Below are positions 38,987-48,653 of a stretch of DNA of 64,000 bases, piece after piece (position 1 is the stretch's first letter; each line of letters starts with the position of its first letter). Under the pieces are notes generated by a model. It was given only the letters and a program-made list of their open reading frames with translations, made no database searches and was not told where the DNA came from. Made by a program: the position numbers and the translations under genes. Where the stretch lies: contig JBEKIG010000006.1 of NCBI GenBank assembly GCA_050011875.1, forward strand, positions 1 to 64,000. The letters run 5' to 3'. This DNA is from Nitrososphaeria archaeon (lineage in GTDB: Archaea; Thermoproteota; Nitrososphaeria; JACIWG01).

Positions 38987-39886
38987 CTATAAGAGTTTCG
39001 CTAACAGGTCTTCGCTTATTTTCCACTCTCTTTGTGCCATATAGCTTGAATGAGGTTTAAACTTTCTTCTGATATTGTCAACGTTTTCCCCTATGACATC
39101 TATTCTTTCTAGGTTACCTTCCCCAAATCCTGTTCTTTTCAAGTAATTGAGGTACCCTATCTCATTTGGATCAAATCCCATAACGTATGCGCCGATGGTG
39201 TCCGCTGCTAATGGATCGTTGCTTGCTATAGCGATCTTCATGTCAACCTGCTCTCCGAATTCCGGTCCATTTCCCTCCATGGCTGTGAAGCCGTCGATAA
39301 CCGATAATTTTGGCCATACATGCTTTGAAAGCTTATAGAGGTTTAAGTTGATGGCTGGGTAGCCTTGATGTATCTTACGTTTGTTGCCGTTTACTAGGCT
39401 GCCGACGACCATATTCTTGATGGTCATTGTTACAATTACGTTATCGTGGGTTTTCAGCATCGCTGCTGAAATTATGTAATCGCTGTCTAAAACTGTCTGG
39501 GCGACTTCAAATGGGATTGGGGTAAAGTTTCTGTCAAATGCATAGACTTCTCTATAATTATCATTATTCAAATCGATAAGTTTTACGTTATACTTGCCTT
39601 GCAGCTGATTAAATCTGTAGTTCTTAAAAGCAGTTTGAGTGTCATATGCTGAACCTTCTCCTATCGTGATCTGTTTACCCGCTAGAGGCTCTATAAAATC
39701 AAGAATTGCCTTCACCGTATCAACGTGGGTGGCCGAAAGCTGATTATAGGATGAAACCAGATTCGGCTTTAATAATATAGACTTTTTTCCTTCTATGTCT
39801 TTGCAGATGTCTTCCCTTATAGTTTCTAGCGCTTTCTTTATATTATCATATCTGTTTTCCCCCTTGATCAATGCAACTCTGACCAT
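38987..39886 (-). CDS. DUF362-domain protein
   Basis: LLKPNLV, LKTH, MTIKN, IDGFTAMEGNGP. Confidence 0.85.
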   Translation of the reverse strand: MVRVALIKGENRYDNIKKALETIREDICKDIEGKKSILLKPNLVSSYNQLSATHVDTVKAILDFIEPLAGKQITIGEGSAYDTQTAFKNYRFNQLQGKYNVKLIDLNNDNYREVYAFDRNFTPIPFEVAQTVLDSDYIISAAMLKTHDNVIVTMTIKNMVVGSLVNGNKRKIHQGYPAINLNLYKLSKHVWPKLSVIDGFTAMEGNGPEFGEQVDMKIAIASNDPLAADTIGAYVMGFDPNEIGYLNYLKRTGFGEGNLERIDVIGENVDNIRRKFKPHSSYMAQREWKISEDLLAKLL

Positions 39887-39983
39887 TTTGCCCCAACCGC
39901 TTTGAATTCTCTTCAATATTAAAGCTTTAGATGTATCAGTTTAAATCAGTAAAGGTCACTCTTGCTGTTGGAATAAAGGTACC

Positions 39984-41114
39984 TCACAAGAATCTAAAAA
40001 AGCCTTTTTTCCTGTCTTCCTCAATTTGGCCGAATTCTCCGCTTAATTCCTGAAGGAGTTCTTTCTGACGCTGAGTAAGTTTCTTTGGCACAGATACATT
40101 AACGTGAACCAGCAGGTCCCCTCGACCGTATCTATTCAGTCTAGGCATGCCCTTTCCAGACAGCTTCATCATTGTTCCAGGCTGTGTTCCAGCTGGTATC
40201 TTTATCCACGTGCTCCCATCTATTGTCGGAATTGATACCTCTGTTCCCAGCGCTGCTTGGGGAAAGCTAATTGATAGCTCATATAAGAGGCTGTCTCCTT
40301 CCCTTTGGAAGTATTTGTGGGGTGCAATTTTAATCTGTATAAATAAGTCGCCTGATGCTCCACCGTTGGGTAACACGTCTCCTTGGCCCTCGAGCCTCAA
40401 CTGTTGGCCATCATCTATCCCAGGAGGTACTCTTACAGAAATTTTTCGTATCTTCCTTGCCATGCCTGTTCCTCTGCATTCCCTGCAAGGGGATTCGATT
40501 ATTTTTCCTGCCCCCCTGCATGTGGAGCATGCCGATATCTGAACAAAACGACCAAAGCCGCTTGAGCGAACCTTCTGAACCTGGCCGGTTCCTCTGCACG
40601 TTGGACAGGTTTTCGGCGATGTGCCTGGGCTTGCACCCGTACCATGGCATACATCACACCTTTCAGTTCTTGGTATCTCTAACTCCTTTTCAACACCTTT
40701 TGCAGCCTCATCTAGTGTTACCTCGAGTTCGACTGAAAGGTCTCTTCCTCTCATGGGAGACCCTCCGTAGCCACCACCTCTTCCGAAGAAGATATCGAAT
40801 ACGTTATCGAATCCGAATCCAAAACCCATGTCTCTTAGGATCGATTCGAAATCCGTTCCTCTGAAGATGTCTTCTGTGCTGTACTTTTGATCAAATCCGG
40901 TGTGGCCCAATGTATCGTACTGTTGGCGTTTTTCATCGTCTGATAAAACAGCGTAGGCTTCAGAAATTTCTTTGAACTTTTCCTCTGCCTCTGGCGACTT
41001 GTTCCTGTCAGGATGGTATTGCATGGCCAATTTTCTATAAGAATCTTTGATCTGGTCCTTTGCAGCACCTCGTTGCACACCGAGTACTTCATAGTAGTCT
41101 TTCTTGTTGGACAT
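39984..41114 (-). CDS. dnaJ: Chaperone DnaJ
   Basis: HPD J-domain and four CxxCxGxG repeats. Confidence 0.98.
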   Translation of the reverse strand: MSNKKDYYEVLGVQRGAAKDQIKDSYRKLAMQYHPDRNKSPEAEEKFKEISEAYAVLSDDEKRQQYDTLGHTGFDQKYSTEDIFRGTDFESILRDMGFGFGFDNVFDIFFGRGGGYGGSPMRGRDLSVELEVTLDEAAKGVEKELEIPRTERCDVCHGTGASPGTSPKTCPTCRGTGQVQKVRSSGFGRFVQISACSTCRGAGKIIESPCRECRGTGMARKIRKISVRVPPGIDDGQQLRLEGQGDVLPNGGASGDLFIQIKIAPHKYFQREGDSLLYELSISFPQAALGTEVSIPTIDGSTWIKIPAGTQPGTMMKLSGKGMPRLNRYGRGDLLVHVNVSVPKKLTQRQKELLQELSGEFGQIEEDRKKGFFRFL

Positions 41115-41146
41115 GCCACCACCTTAGGACTATTAACGTTCTAGAG

Positions 41147-43012
41147 CTATTTTACCGTATAGCTTGTGTCAACGGTGTTATCCTTATCTTTATCCTGAGT
41201 TTGTGTTCCCGCTTCAGGTTCTTTCTGCTGTTTTGCATATTCTGAAGCAGCCTGTTGATAGATCACTGTCCCAACTTCCTGCAGAACCTTCCTTAGCCCC
41301 TCCTGCTTTTCTTTCATTTTATCAATTTCGTTTCCTGCGAGAGCCTCTTTCAGTTCGGTAACTGCTTTGTCTATTTGATCCTTCTGCTGTTGATTAAGCT
41401 TCTCTCCTAAATCCTTCTTCGTCTTATCTGACGTGTAGATCAGAGCTTCGGAATCGTTCCTTACTTCAACTTCCTCTTTCTTCTTTTTGTCTTGCTCAGC
41501 GAACTCTTCAGCCTCTTTCACCATCTTTTCCTTAGTTTCTTTTGAAAGTTTAGTCGAAGCTGTTATCGTTATTTTTCCCTCTTTACCTGTTCCTAGGTCC
41601 TTTGCGGTAACGTTGAGTATTCCGTTCGCGTCTATGTCGAATGTTACTTCTATCTGAGGCACCCCCCGTGGTGCAGGAGCTATTCCTTCGAGATTGAACA
41701 TTCCAAGAGATACATTATCGGCGGCCATCGCTCTTTCTCCCTGTAGAATATGTATTGTAACAGCTGTCTGGAAATCTGATGCGGTTGAAAAGATCTGGCT
41801 TCTTTTGGTAGGTATTGTCGTATTTTTTTCCATGATCTTGGTGGAAACTCCTCCAAGGGTTTCGACACCAAGTGAAAGCGGGGTGACGTCTAGAAGCAGG
41901 ATATCTTTTACTTCACCTGAAAGCACTGCGCCCTGTATTGATGCTCCAACTGCTACACACTCCATTGGGTCAATTCCCCTCTCAGGAGTTTTTCCGATAA
42001 TCCTTTCAACAAATTTCTGCACGAGCGGCATCCTAGTGGTTCCACCTATGAGAATTATCTTGTCTATTTCTTTCGATGTTAATTTTGAGTCGTCAAGCGC
42101 CTTTGTAATTGCTTGTCCCGTCTTCTGGACTATCGGATCGGCTAGTTCATCCAGTTTCGCCCTTGAGATGGTTATATGCAGGTTCTTTGGTCCTGATGAA
42201 TCCGCATATATAAACGGCAGATCTATATCCGTATTCAGTATTGTTGACAGCTCTATCTTTGCCTTTTCACAGGCCTCTTTAAGTCGAGCCGCAGCCATTT
42301 TATCATATCTAAGATCGACTCCCGTCTGTTTCTTGAAATCCTCAATTACGTAGTCCACCAATACCTGGTCGATGTCCGTGCCGCCGGTTTGAGTATCTCC
42401 ACTTGTGGAAAGAACCTGGAAAACGCCTTTTCCAAAGTCCATTACTGTGACATCGTGTGTTCCGCCTCCGAAGCTGAAAACCAAGATCTTCATGTCTCTA
42501 TCCAATTTGTCGATACCGTATGCAAGGCAGGCTGCTGTCGGCTCGTTTATTATTCTGAGAACCTCGAATCCTGCAATTTCCCCCGCATCTTTGGTAGCCT
42601 GTCTCTGGTTGTCATTAAAGTGGGCTGGTACTGTGATTACTGCCTTTTTCACTGGCATTCCTAGGAATGTTTCAGTATCCCTCTTTATCTTCTGCAGTAT
42701 AAAAGCAGAAATCTGTTGAGGCGTGTACTCTTTTCCATAAATTCTAACCTTATAGTCTGTACCCATTTTTCTCTTTATCTCAAATATCGTTCCCTCAGGG
42801 TTTGCAGTAGCCTGTCTTTTAGCTGGCTCTCCTACAAGAAGCTGCCCATCCTTAGTGAATGCTACAACAGACGGAAACATCTTTCCTGCAGCTGAAGGGC
42901 CTTCAACGCTTGGAATCACCGTTGCTCTGCCACCTTCGAAGATCGCTGCCGCTGAATTTGTTGTTCCTAAATCTATTCCAATAACTTTTTCGCTTGTCTG
43001 AACTTTACTCAT
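41147..43012 (-). CDS. dnaK: Chaperone DnaK (Hsp70)
   Basis: [41 protein letters not shown]. Confidence 0.98.
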   Translation of the reverse strand: MSKVQTSEKVIGIDLGTTNSAAAIFEGGRATVIPSVEGPSAAGKMFPSVVAFTKDGQLLVGEPAKRQATANPEGTIFEIKRKMGTDYKVRIYGKEYTPQQISAFILQKIKRDTETFLGMPVKKAVITVPAHFNDNQRQATKDAGEIAGFEVLRIINEPTAACLAYGIDKLDRDMKILVFSFGGGTHDVTVMDFGKGVFQVLSTSGDTQTGGTDIDQVLVDYVIEDFKKQTGVDLRYDKMAAARLKEACEKAKIELSTILNTDIDLPFIYADSSGPKNLHITISRAKLDELADPIVQKTGQAITKALDDSKLTSKEIDKIILIGGTTRMPLVQKFVERIIGKTPERGIDPMECVAVGASIQGAVLSGEVKDILLLDVTPLSLGVETLGGVSTKIMEKNTTIPTKRSQIFSTASDFQTAVTIHILQGERAMAADNVSLGMFNLEGIAPAPRGVPQIEVTFDIDANGILNVTAKDLGTGKEGKITITASTKLSKETKEKMVKEAEEFAEQDKKKKEEVEVRNDSEALIYTSDKTKKDLGEKLNQQQKDQIDKAVTELKEALAGNEIDKMKEKQEGLRKVLQEVGTVIYQQAASEYAKQQKEPEAGTQTQDKDKDNTVDTSYTVK

Positions 43013-43553
43013 TTATATCACCTTTAATTTCCTCATTTTTTACACCTGGCTTAATTGCTACCTTAACAATACTCGGCCTTATTATCTTATCGTTCATGAT
43101 ATATCCTTTTCTGATTTCCTCCACAACAGTGCCTTCCTCTACGTCTTCCTTTTCAACTGTGGCGACTACGTTGCACTTGGATGGATCAAAAGGCTTTCCA
43201 AGACATTCTACGGGCCTAACGTTCTCATTTATTAAAATCTTCTGTATTTTTTTAAGAGTCATCTCAACCCCCTCTATCAATACATTTGTGGAGTTCGAAT
43301 CTCGGCCAGTTTTGACGGCTATTTCTAACTCGTCGACTACTTCGAGCATCTCAATTATAAAGCGTTCGTTGGAGTATCTTTTAATATCCTCAAGTTGTCT
43401 TTCAACCCTCTTTCTGTAGTTATCAAAATCAGCTTGCAGATATTTAAGGCGCGTTAGATATTCTCCGCAGAGTTTCTTTTCTTCTTCAAGTTCTTGAATG
43501 ATCTTTTCTGTCTCATGACTCGTTTCTTCTGGCACCTGCTTTTCATCACTCAT
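43005..43553 (-). CDS. grpE: Nucleotide exchange factor GrpE
   Basis: [17 protein letters not shown]...IRPSIVKV; likely start ATG 43553. Confidence 0.95.
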   Translation of the reverse strand: MSDEKQVPEETSHETEKIIQELEEEKKLCGEYLTRLKYLQADFDNYRKRVERQLEDIKRYSNERFIIEMLEVVDELEIAVKTGRDSNSTNVLIEGVEMTLKKIQKILINENVRPVECLGKPFDPSKCNVVATVEKEDVEEGTVVEEIRKGYIMNDKIIRPSIVKVAIKPGVKNEEIKGDINE

Positions 43554-43685
43554 AAAATTTATCACGCAAGCATAGAGCGTTAAGCGACTTAGATATATAT
43601 TTTTCACTCTATTAGAAGGTTATATGTTAATTTGTAAGTACGGAGGCTGACATTCTGCGCAGATTTATGAGATGCCGTTTGCAGG

Positions 43686-44585
43686 CTAAGATGGTGTTAT
43701 CCTGTACCCTGAAATCTTTTCCATTGATTTGATCGCTGCCTGTGTGCCCTTTTCCCCTAGACCTTCAGCTTCAGCTATCCTAAAGATCTGATTCACTAAA
43801 GCTGTTCCAGGCAGTGGAAGATCCAGTTCAGAGGCTGTCTCGAGCACTAGTCTTAGGTCCTTTTGCTGGGTTTTCATCTTAAATCCTGGTTCGAGGTCCC
43901 CTTTTACGATCTTTGGACCTTGGTTTGCAAGTTGCCAAGAGTTTGCCGCACCACCTGTCAGTACTTCGATCAGCTTGTTAAGGTCTATTCCCGCCTTAGC
44001 GCCTAACATAAGTCCTTCACAGACGCCTTGAATGTTTAGAACACACATTATCTGGTTGCAGAGCTTAGCTATTTGGCCGTTTCCATGTGCACCCATGTAA
44101 GTTACTCTTTTTCCCAGAGCCTGGAAGATTGGAAGACACTTTTCAAAGACCTTTTCGTTTCCTCCAACCATAATAGAAAGCGTAGCATTTATCGCCCCGA
44201 TTTGACCGCCAGTAACAGGGGCATCGAGCATTTCCACATCTTTTTCTAACAACCTTTCCGCTACCTTTTTTGTGACCTTTGGAGAAATTGTGCTCATGTC
44301 TATGACAATAACCCCCTTTCTGACCCCCCTTATTACACCGCTTGGGCCGAGTATGACCTCTTCTACGTCAGGGGAGTCTGTTAACATCGTTATCACAACA
44401 TCAGTTTTTTCGGCCACCTCTTTAGGGGAACCTGCTCCCTTCGCATTTAGAGCTAAGATTTCATCCATTTTTGAAGAAGTTCTGTTCCAAACCGTCAATG
44501 AGTAGCCTGCTTTGATCAGGTTTGTTGCCATTGGTTTTCCCATCAACCCTAAACCTATGAATCCGATTTTAGTTTCCATTTTCAA
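43686..44585 (-). CDS. Beta-hydroxyacid dehydrogenase (2-hydroxy-3-oxopropionate reductase-like)
   Basis: GFIGLGLMG, DAPVTGG, KLCNQ, KDL. Confidence 0.9.
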   Translation of the reverse strand: MKMETKIGFIGLGLMGKPMATNLIKAGYSLTVWNRTSSKMDEILALNAKGAGSPKEVAEKTDVVITMLTDSPDVEEVILGPSGVIRGVRKGVIVIDMSTISPKVTKKVAERLLEKDVEMLDAPVTGGQIGAINATLSIMVGGNEKVFEKCLPIFQALGKRVTYMGAHGNGQIAKLCNQIMCVLNIQGVCEGLMLGAKAGIDLNKLIEVLTGGAANSWQLANQGPKIVKGDLEPGFKMKTQQKDLRLVLETASELDLPLPGTALVNQIFRIAEAEGLGEKGTQAAIKSMEKISGYRITPS

Positions 44586-44714
44586 ACCTTACCTTATATC
44601 AAATATCATGTTCATAAAGATAATTAAAACTTTCTATATATAATCAGACTCTAAAGATACGGAATTTGGTGCCCTAGTCAAAGATTTCTGTAAGTCGCCA
44701 TATGGGGTTGAGAG

Positions 44715-45464
44715 TTACACTATTGACTCCAATGCTGCAGGCAGTTCGGAGATATCATTGATTACTGCATCCGGCTTTACTTCATCACTGTCTGCCGGAG
44801 CAGCTGCTTCAGTATTCCATTTATAATTCTGAGGATTCCGCAGCAGTATAGCTTTTAGGCCGAATCTCTTGGGATAATAGACATCGTAGACATATTCGTC
44901 TCCAACCATGACCGACTGCGTTCCCTTGGAAATGAATGGTCTGAAATATTCAATTTCATTCTTATAATAACAAGTCGTATCGGGTGTTAATATATAGTCA
45001 AAATACTTTTTTAAATCGAGTTTCTCCATGATGGGATTCTGGTACTTGAAGAAGCCGTTTGTTGCCGCGCATAGAATATATCCCCTTTTCTTGAGTGTCC
45101 TAAGGGTCTGTTTTGCTCGGGGAAATAAATAGCCGTTTGATAGGGTCAACCCCTCTGTGAGCTTGCCTAAGTCTAAACTCCAGTTTGTTCCAAGCCTTTG
45201 GGCGACCTCTTTAACCATGTCATCCCAATTGTACCGTTTGTTGCTCAGGTTTCTTTCCCTGATGATTTCTTCCTCCATCATAATGTTCCTTATTTTCTCT
45301 GAACTTGTCTTAGTCCTTTTAGAGAGTTCTTGAAGTACCAATGGTAAGACTTTGCGTTTGAAAGGGAATTTCATTACGGTGCCATCAAGATCTATAAATA
45401 TAACGATACTATTTTTGGAAACCTTTGATTCAATTTTCGGATAGTTGGTTCTATGGTACGCCAT
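44715..45464 (-). CDS. HAD-family hydrolase
   Basis: DLDGT, ATNG, MVGDEYVYD. Confidence 0.85.
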   Translation of the reverse strand: MAYHRTNYPKIESKVSKNSIVIFIDLDGTVMKFPFKRKVLPLVLQELSKRTKTSSEKIRNIMMEEEIIRERNLSNKRYNWDDMVKEVAQRLGTNWSLDLGKLTEGLTLSNGYLFPRAKQTLRTLKKRGYILCAATNGFFKYQNPIMEKLDLKKYFDYILTPDTTCYYKNEIEYFRPFISKGTQSVMVGDEYVYDVYYPKRFGLKAILLRNPQNYKWNTEAAAPADSDEVKPDAVINDISELPAALESIV

Positions 45465-45689
45465 GGAGAAAAGCTCGGGTTTTACTTCTAAAAAGTTTTA
45501 CCTTGATAGCTGAGAGATTGACATTAAAAAATAGGAAGGACTGGGAAGTTTAAGCGCTTTCTATATCGATCTGTTAAAGCGGCTTCAAAATGTTCCGTCA
45601 TCGATTATGCAAATATTCTACATCGTAGGAGCCTGCGTAATAAGATAAACCCTTATATTCTTCATGGCTCCAAATATATTAAGAAGATT

Positions 45690-46901
45690 ATGAGCAACGA
45701 AAAATTTGTTAAAAAGGCTCTTGAAGAAGGAGCAGGAATTGTAAGGTTGGCACCGGCGTGGGTCCCCAGAACATCACCACCAGGAGGAAGAATGAAGCTT
45801 GCGCCCCAAGACCTCTTCGCCTTAGGCGTTGAAAGAGGCGGCTTCTGTGAAAGATGGTTCGCTTCTGCAGCAAGGGCAGACAATGGGCCTGGAACGCCTG
45901 AAGACGAAGGTATGAGTTACATCGTAATTAAAGAAGGATCAAAGTTTAATAGAGTCCTATTTAAGGATGCCGTCGGCTTCGATGGCGAGACTTTTATTGG
46001 AAAAGCGATGTTTAGGAAGTATAAGGGTTGGCCTATCTTTTCAAAGTTCTACGACTACCTGTACGCGATACCTTTCCATTTACATTTAAGAGAAGAGCAT
46101 GCTCTAAAGGTGGGTAGACAGCCGAAACCTGAAGCGTACTACTTTCCACCACAGTTGAATGCTATACCCGGCCGTTTTCCGTACACGTTCTTCGGACTGA
46201 ATTCTGGCACGACAAAGGCCGACATTAAAAGATGTCTTCAGAGGTGGAATAAGGGTGACAATGGTGTACTAAATTATTCGAGAGCCTATACGATAACTCC
46301 GGGAACTGGATGGGTGATTCCAGCAGGTATACTGCACGCGCCAGGAACCCTGGTAACCTATGAACCTCAGTGGGGGTCAGATGTGGCTTCCATGTATCAG
46401 TCGAAGGTTGAAGACAGGCTGATTCCATGGAGCAATGTGATAAAGGATGTGCCAATAGATCGTCAGAAGGATCTAGATTACATCATAGACTTGATCGACT
46501 GGGAAGTCAACCTTGATCAGAATTTCAAGGAGCATCACTATGTGGAGCCGAAACCGGTTAAAAATACAAGGGAAATGCAGGAAGAAGGCTATTTAGAAAA
46601 TTGGATTACATATGGCACAGAGCTTTTTTCTGCAAAGGAACTCACCATTCTACCGATGAAGTCCGTTAAGATCAAGGACAGCGCAGCCTACGGACTGATC
46701 GTCGTGCAGGGGCATGGGACATTTGGGGGTTTTGAAGCGGAGTCTCCCACAATGATAAGATATGAAGAAATGACAAACGATGAACTATTTGTTACAATTG
46801 GAGCCGCAAAGGATGGCATCAAGATAGAGAACAAAAGCAGCAAGGAGAATCTTGTTATCCTCAAACACTTCGGACCCGAAAACCCCGATGTACCAAAATA
46901 G
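45690..46901 (+). CDS. Phosphomannose-isomerase-like cupin protein (uncharacterised)
   Basis: ERW, KFYD...PFHLH, KPEAYYF, PAGILHAPG, EPQ..SD metal-site pattern. Confidence 0.7.
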   Translation: MSNEKFVKKALEEGAGIVRLAPAWVPRTSPPGGRMKLAPQDLFALGVERGGFCERWFASAARADNGPGTPEDEGMSYIVIKEGSKFNRVLFKDAVGFDGETFIGKAMFRKYKGWPIFSKFYDYLYAIPFHLHLREEHALKVGRQPKPEAYYFPPQLNAIPGRFPYTFFGLNSGTTKADIKRCLQRWNKGDNGVLNYSRAYTITPGTGWVIPAGILHAPGTLVTYEPQWGSDVASMYQSKVEDRLIPWSNVIKDVPIDRQKDLDYIIDLIDWEVNLDQNFKEHHYVEPKPVKNTREMQEEGYLENWITYGTELFSAKELTILPMKSVKIKDSAAYGLIVVQGHGTFGGFEAESPTMIRYEEMTNDELFVTIGAAKDGIKIENKSSKENLVILKHFGPENPDVPK

Positions 46902-47220
46902 AACACGCAACATAGGCAAGATCTAGAAGTAACCTATCCAACACCTTTATTGCAAGTTACATCATGTAATGTATAGAATTACAGACAGGACTAGTATTAA
47001 TAATACTGGAAGGTATACCAAGCCATTAAATTAATATCAAAATTCCATTTGATTTTTAGTTATTCGATAAACTATGTTCGGTTAATCCAATTAAAGGTTT
47101 AATTATAGTAACATGTCTTCAACATTAAAAGGCATGTGATATTTTACGCCATCAACAACTTTCAAGAAACAGGTTCTAAGAATTGACCTTAAAAAGAAGA
47201 AAGTTCGTACTACATATGAA

Positions 47221-47871
47221 ATGATAGCCGTTGAAAAACCCTTTTCAATCTATGTAAATGGCAAACACATTTTTTCTACAATGATCACCCCTGGAAGTAA
47301 GAAGGCGTTTGTTTTAGGTCATATTATGGCTGAAGGCCTGATTGAAAAGATTGACGAAATAAAAAAAGTTTCGATTAACAGATCCCGAGCTGATGTCAGA
47401 CTTATTAAAGTTCGTACTGAGCGGGCCAGATTTTCTTCGAGTGCATATACGGATTCGATGATAATGGTTGAAGCTAAAGAAATAGCTAGAATTGCGGATG
47501 TGCTCAGTAGAAAAGGAAAAGTTTACCAGACAACTCATGGCACTCATTTTGCAGCTCTGGTTAAGATCGACGGCGAAATCGTATCATTTGTGGAAGACGT
47601 TGGCAGGCATAATGCAATAGACAAGGCTTTAGGTGAAGGGTTACTGAAAAAGGCCGACTTCTCCTCATGTATCCTGTTCACCTCTTGTAGGCAACAGAGG
47701 AGTACAATATCGAAGGCATCAAAAGCGGGTGTAGTCATCGTTGTTTCGATTGTTGCTCCACTGCAATCCGGTATAGATTCGGCGAAAGAAATGCGTATAA
47801 CACTAGTCTGTGTTAAACGACAGTATCTGAGTGTCTATACCCATCCTTCGAGAATTCGTACCGATTTCTGA
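47221..47871 (+). CDS. fdhD: FdhD-family sulfurtransferase/cofactor chaperone (divergent)
   Basis: AVEKP, THGTHFAAL, EDVGRHNAIDKALG; the frame is open upstream to 47140 without a start codon. Confidence 0.8.
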   Translation: MIAVEKPFSIYVNGKHIFSTMITPGSKKAFVLGHIMAEGLIEKIDEIKKVSINRSRADVRLIKVRTERARFSSSAYTDSMIMVEAKEIARIADVLSRKGKVYQTTHGTHFAALVKIDGEIVSFVEDVGRHNAIDKALGEGLLKKADFSSCILFTSCRQQRSTISKASKAGVVIVVSIVAPLQSGIDSAKEMRITLVCVKRQYLSVYTHPSRIRTDF

Positions 47872-47958
47872 TTTAATCCTTTAACTCACATTCGTTCAAA
47901 GATAGGCCTTCCGATATACTTTTAAGAGGTATGTCTGAAACCTAAACAAGATATTGAC

Positions 47959-48651
47959 ATGACTAAGCAAGAGGAGGGGAAGAAACCATCTAGAAGAAAT
48001 TTTATAAAAAATCTTAGTGTAGGAGTTGCTGTTGGTATCGCTGCTACAGCTGGTGTAGCCAAAGTTCTGACTCCTCCAGCATCTACAACCACAACAACTG
48101 AGATGGCTACGACGACGGTAACTGCTACGACGGCGGTAACTGCTACAACAATTAGCACGGAAACTTCGACAGTTCCCCCACAGAAGCTCTTAAGGGCCGG
48201 GGTGATAAAATATTCACCCGAAAAATGTGTTGGCTGCCAGAGATGTGTGCTCGCATGCGCGTTAGTCCACGGTGGCGCCATATCGCCTCAGCTCTCTAGA
48301 ATAATGTGGACAGAAGAGTTCGTGGGGGAGGAAACATTCGAACCGATGTTCTGCGGGCAGTGTGACAGCCCTCTATGTTACTGGGCTTGCCCAAAAAAAG
48401 ACCTAGCTCTTTCAATTGATGAGGTAACAGGCGCTAGGTATATTAACGATGATAACTGCATCGGATGCCAATCATGTATCAGAGCGTGTCCCTATACTCC
48501 TCCGAGGATAAATTTTGATACAGAAAGAAAGGTTTCTATCAAATGCGATCTTTGCATGGATAGGCCGAACGGGCCAGCCTGCATAGAAGTATGCTCAAAT
48601 GTAAGCGGTGACAAAGCTCTCAGTTTTGTGAACAAGGAGGATAGACAGTAG
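47959..48651 (+). CDS. Tat-signal 4Fe-4S ferredoxin-type subunit with Thr-rich linker
   Basis: SRRNFIK twin-Arg, hydrophobic helix, poly-Thr stretch, four Cys motifs (CVGCQRCVLAC, CGQCDSPLCYWACP, CIGCQSCIRACP, CDLC...C...C). Confidence 0.88.
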   Translation: MTKQEEGKKPSRRNFIKNLSVGVAVGIAATAGVAKVLTPPASTTTTTEMATTTVTATTAVTATTISTETSTVPPQKLLRAGVIKYSPEKCVGCQRCVLACALVHGGAISPQLSRIMWTEEFVGEETFEPMFCGQCDSPLCYWACPKKDLALSIDEVTGARYINDDNCIGCQSCIRACPYTPPRINFDTERKVSIKCDLCMDRPNGPACIEVCSNVSGDKALSFVNKEDRQ

Positions 48652-48653
48652 AA

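Noticed and set aside
41694-42353. 219-aa antisense ORF and similar shadow ORFs opposite dnaK, dnaJ, mgtA and the AKRs
   Set aside because: Antisense shadows of well-supported genes with no motifs of their own.
48079-48175. ACN-rich repeat as a DNA element
   Set aside because: It is the Thr-rich linker coding sequence.
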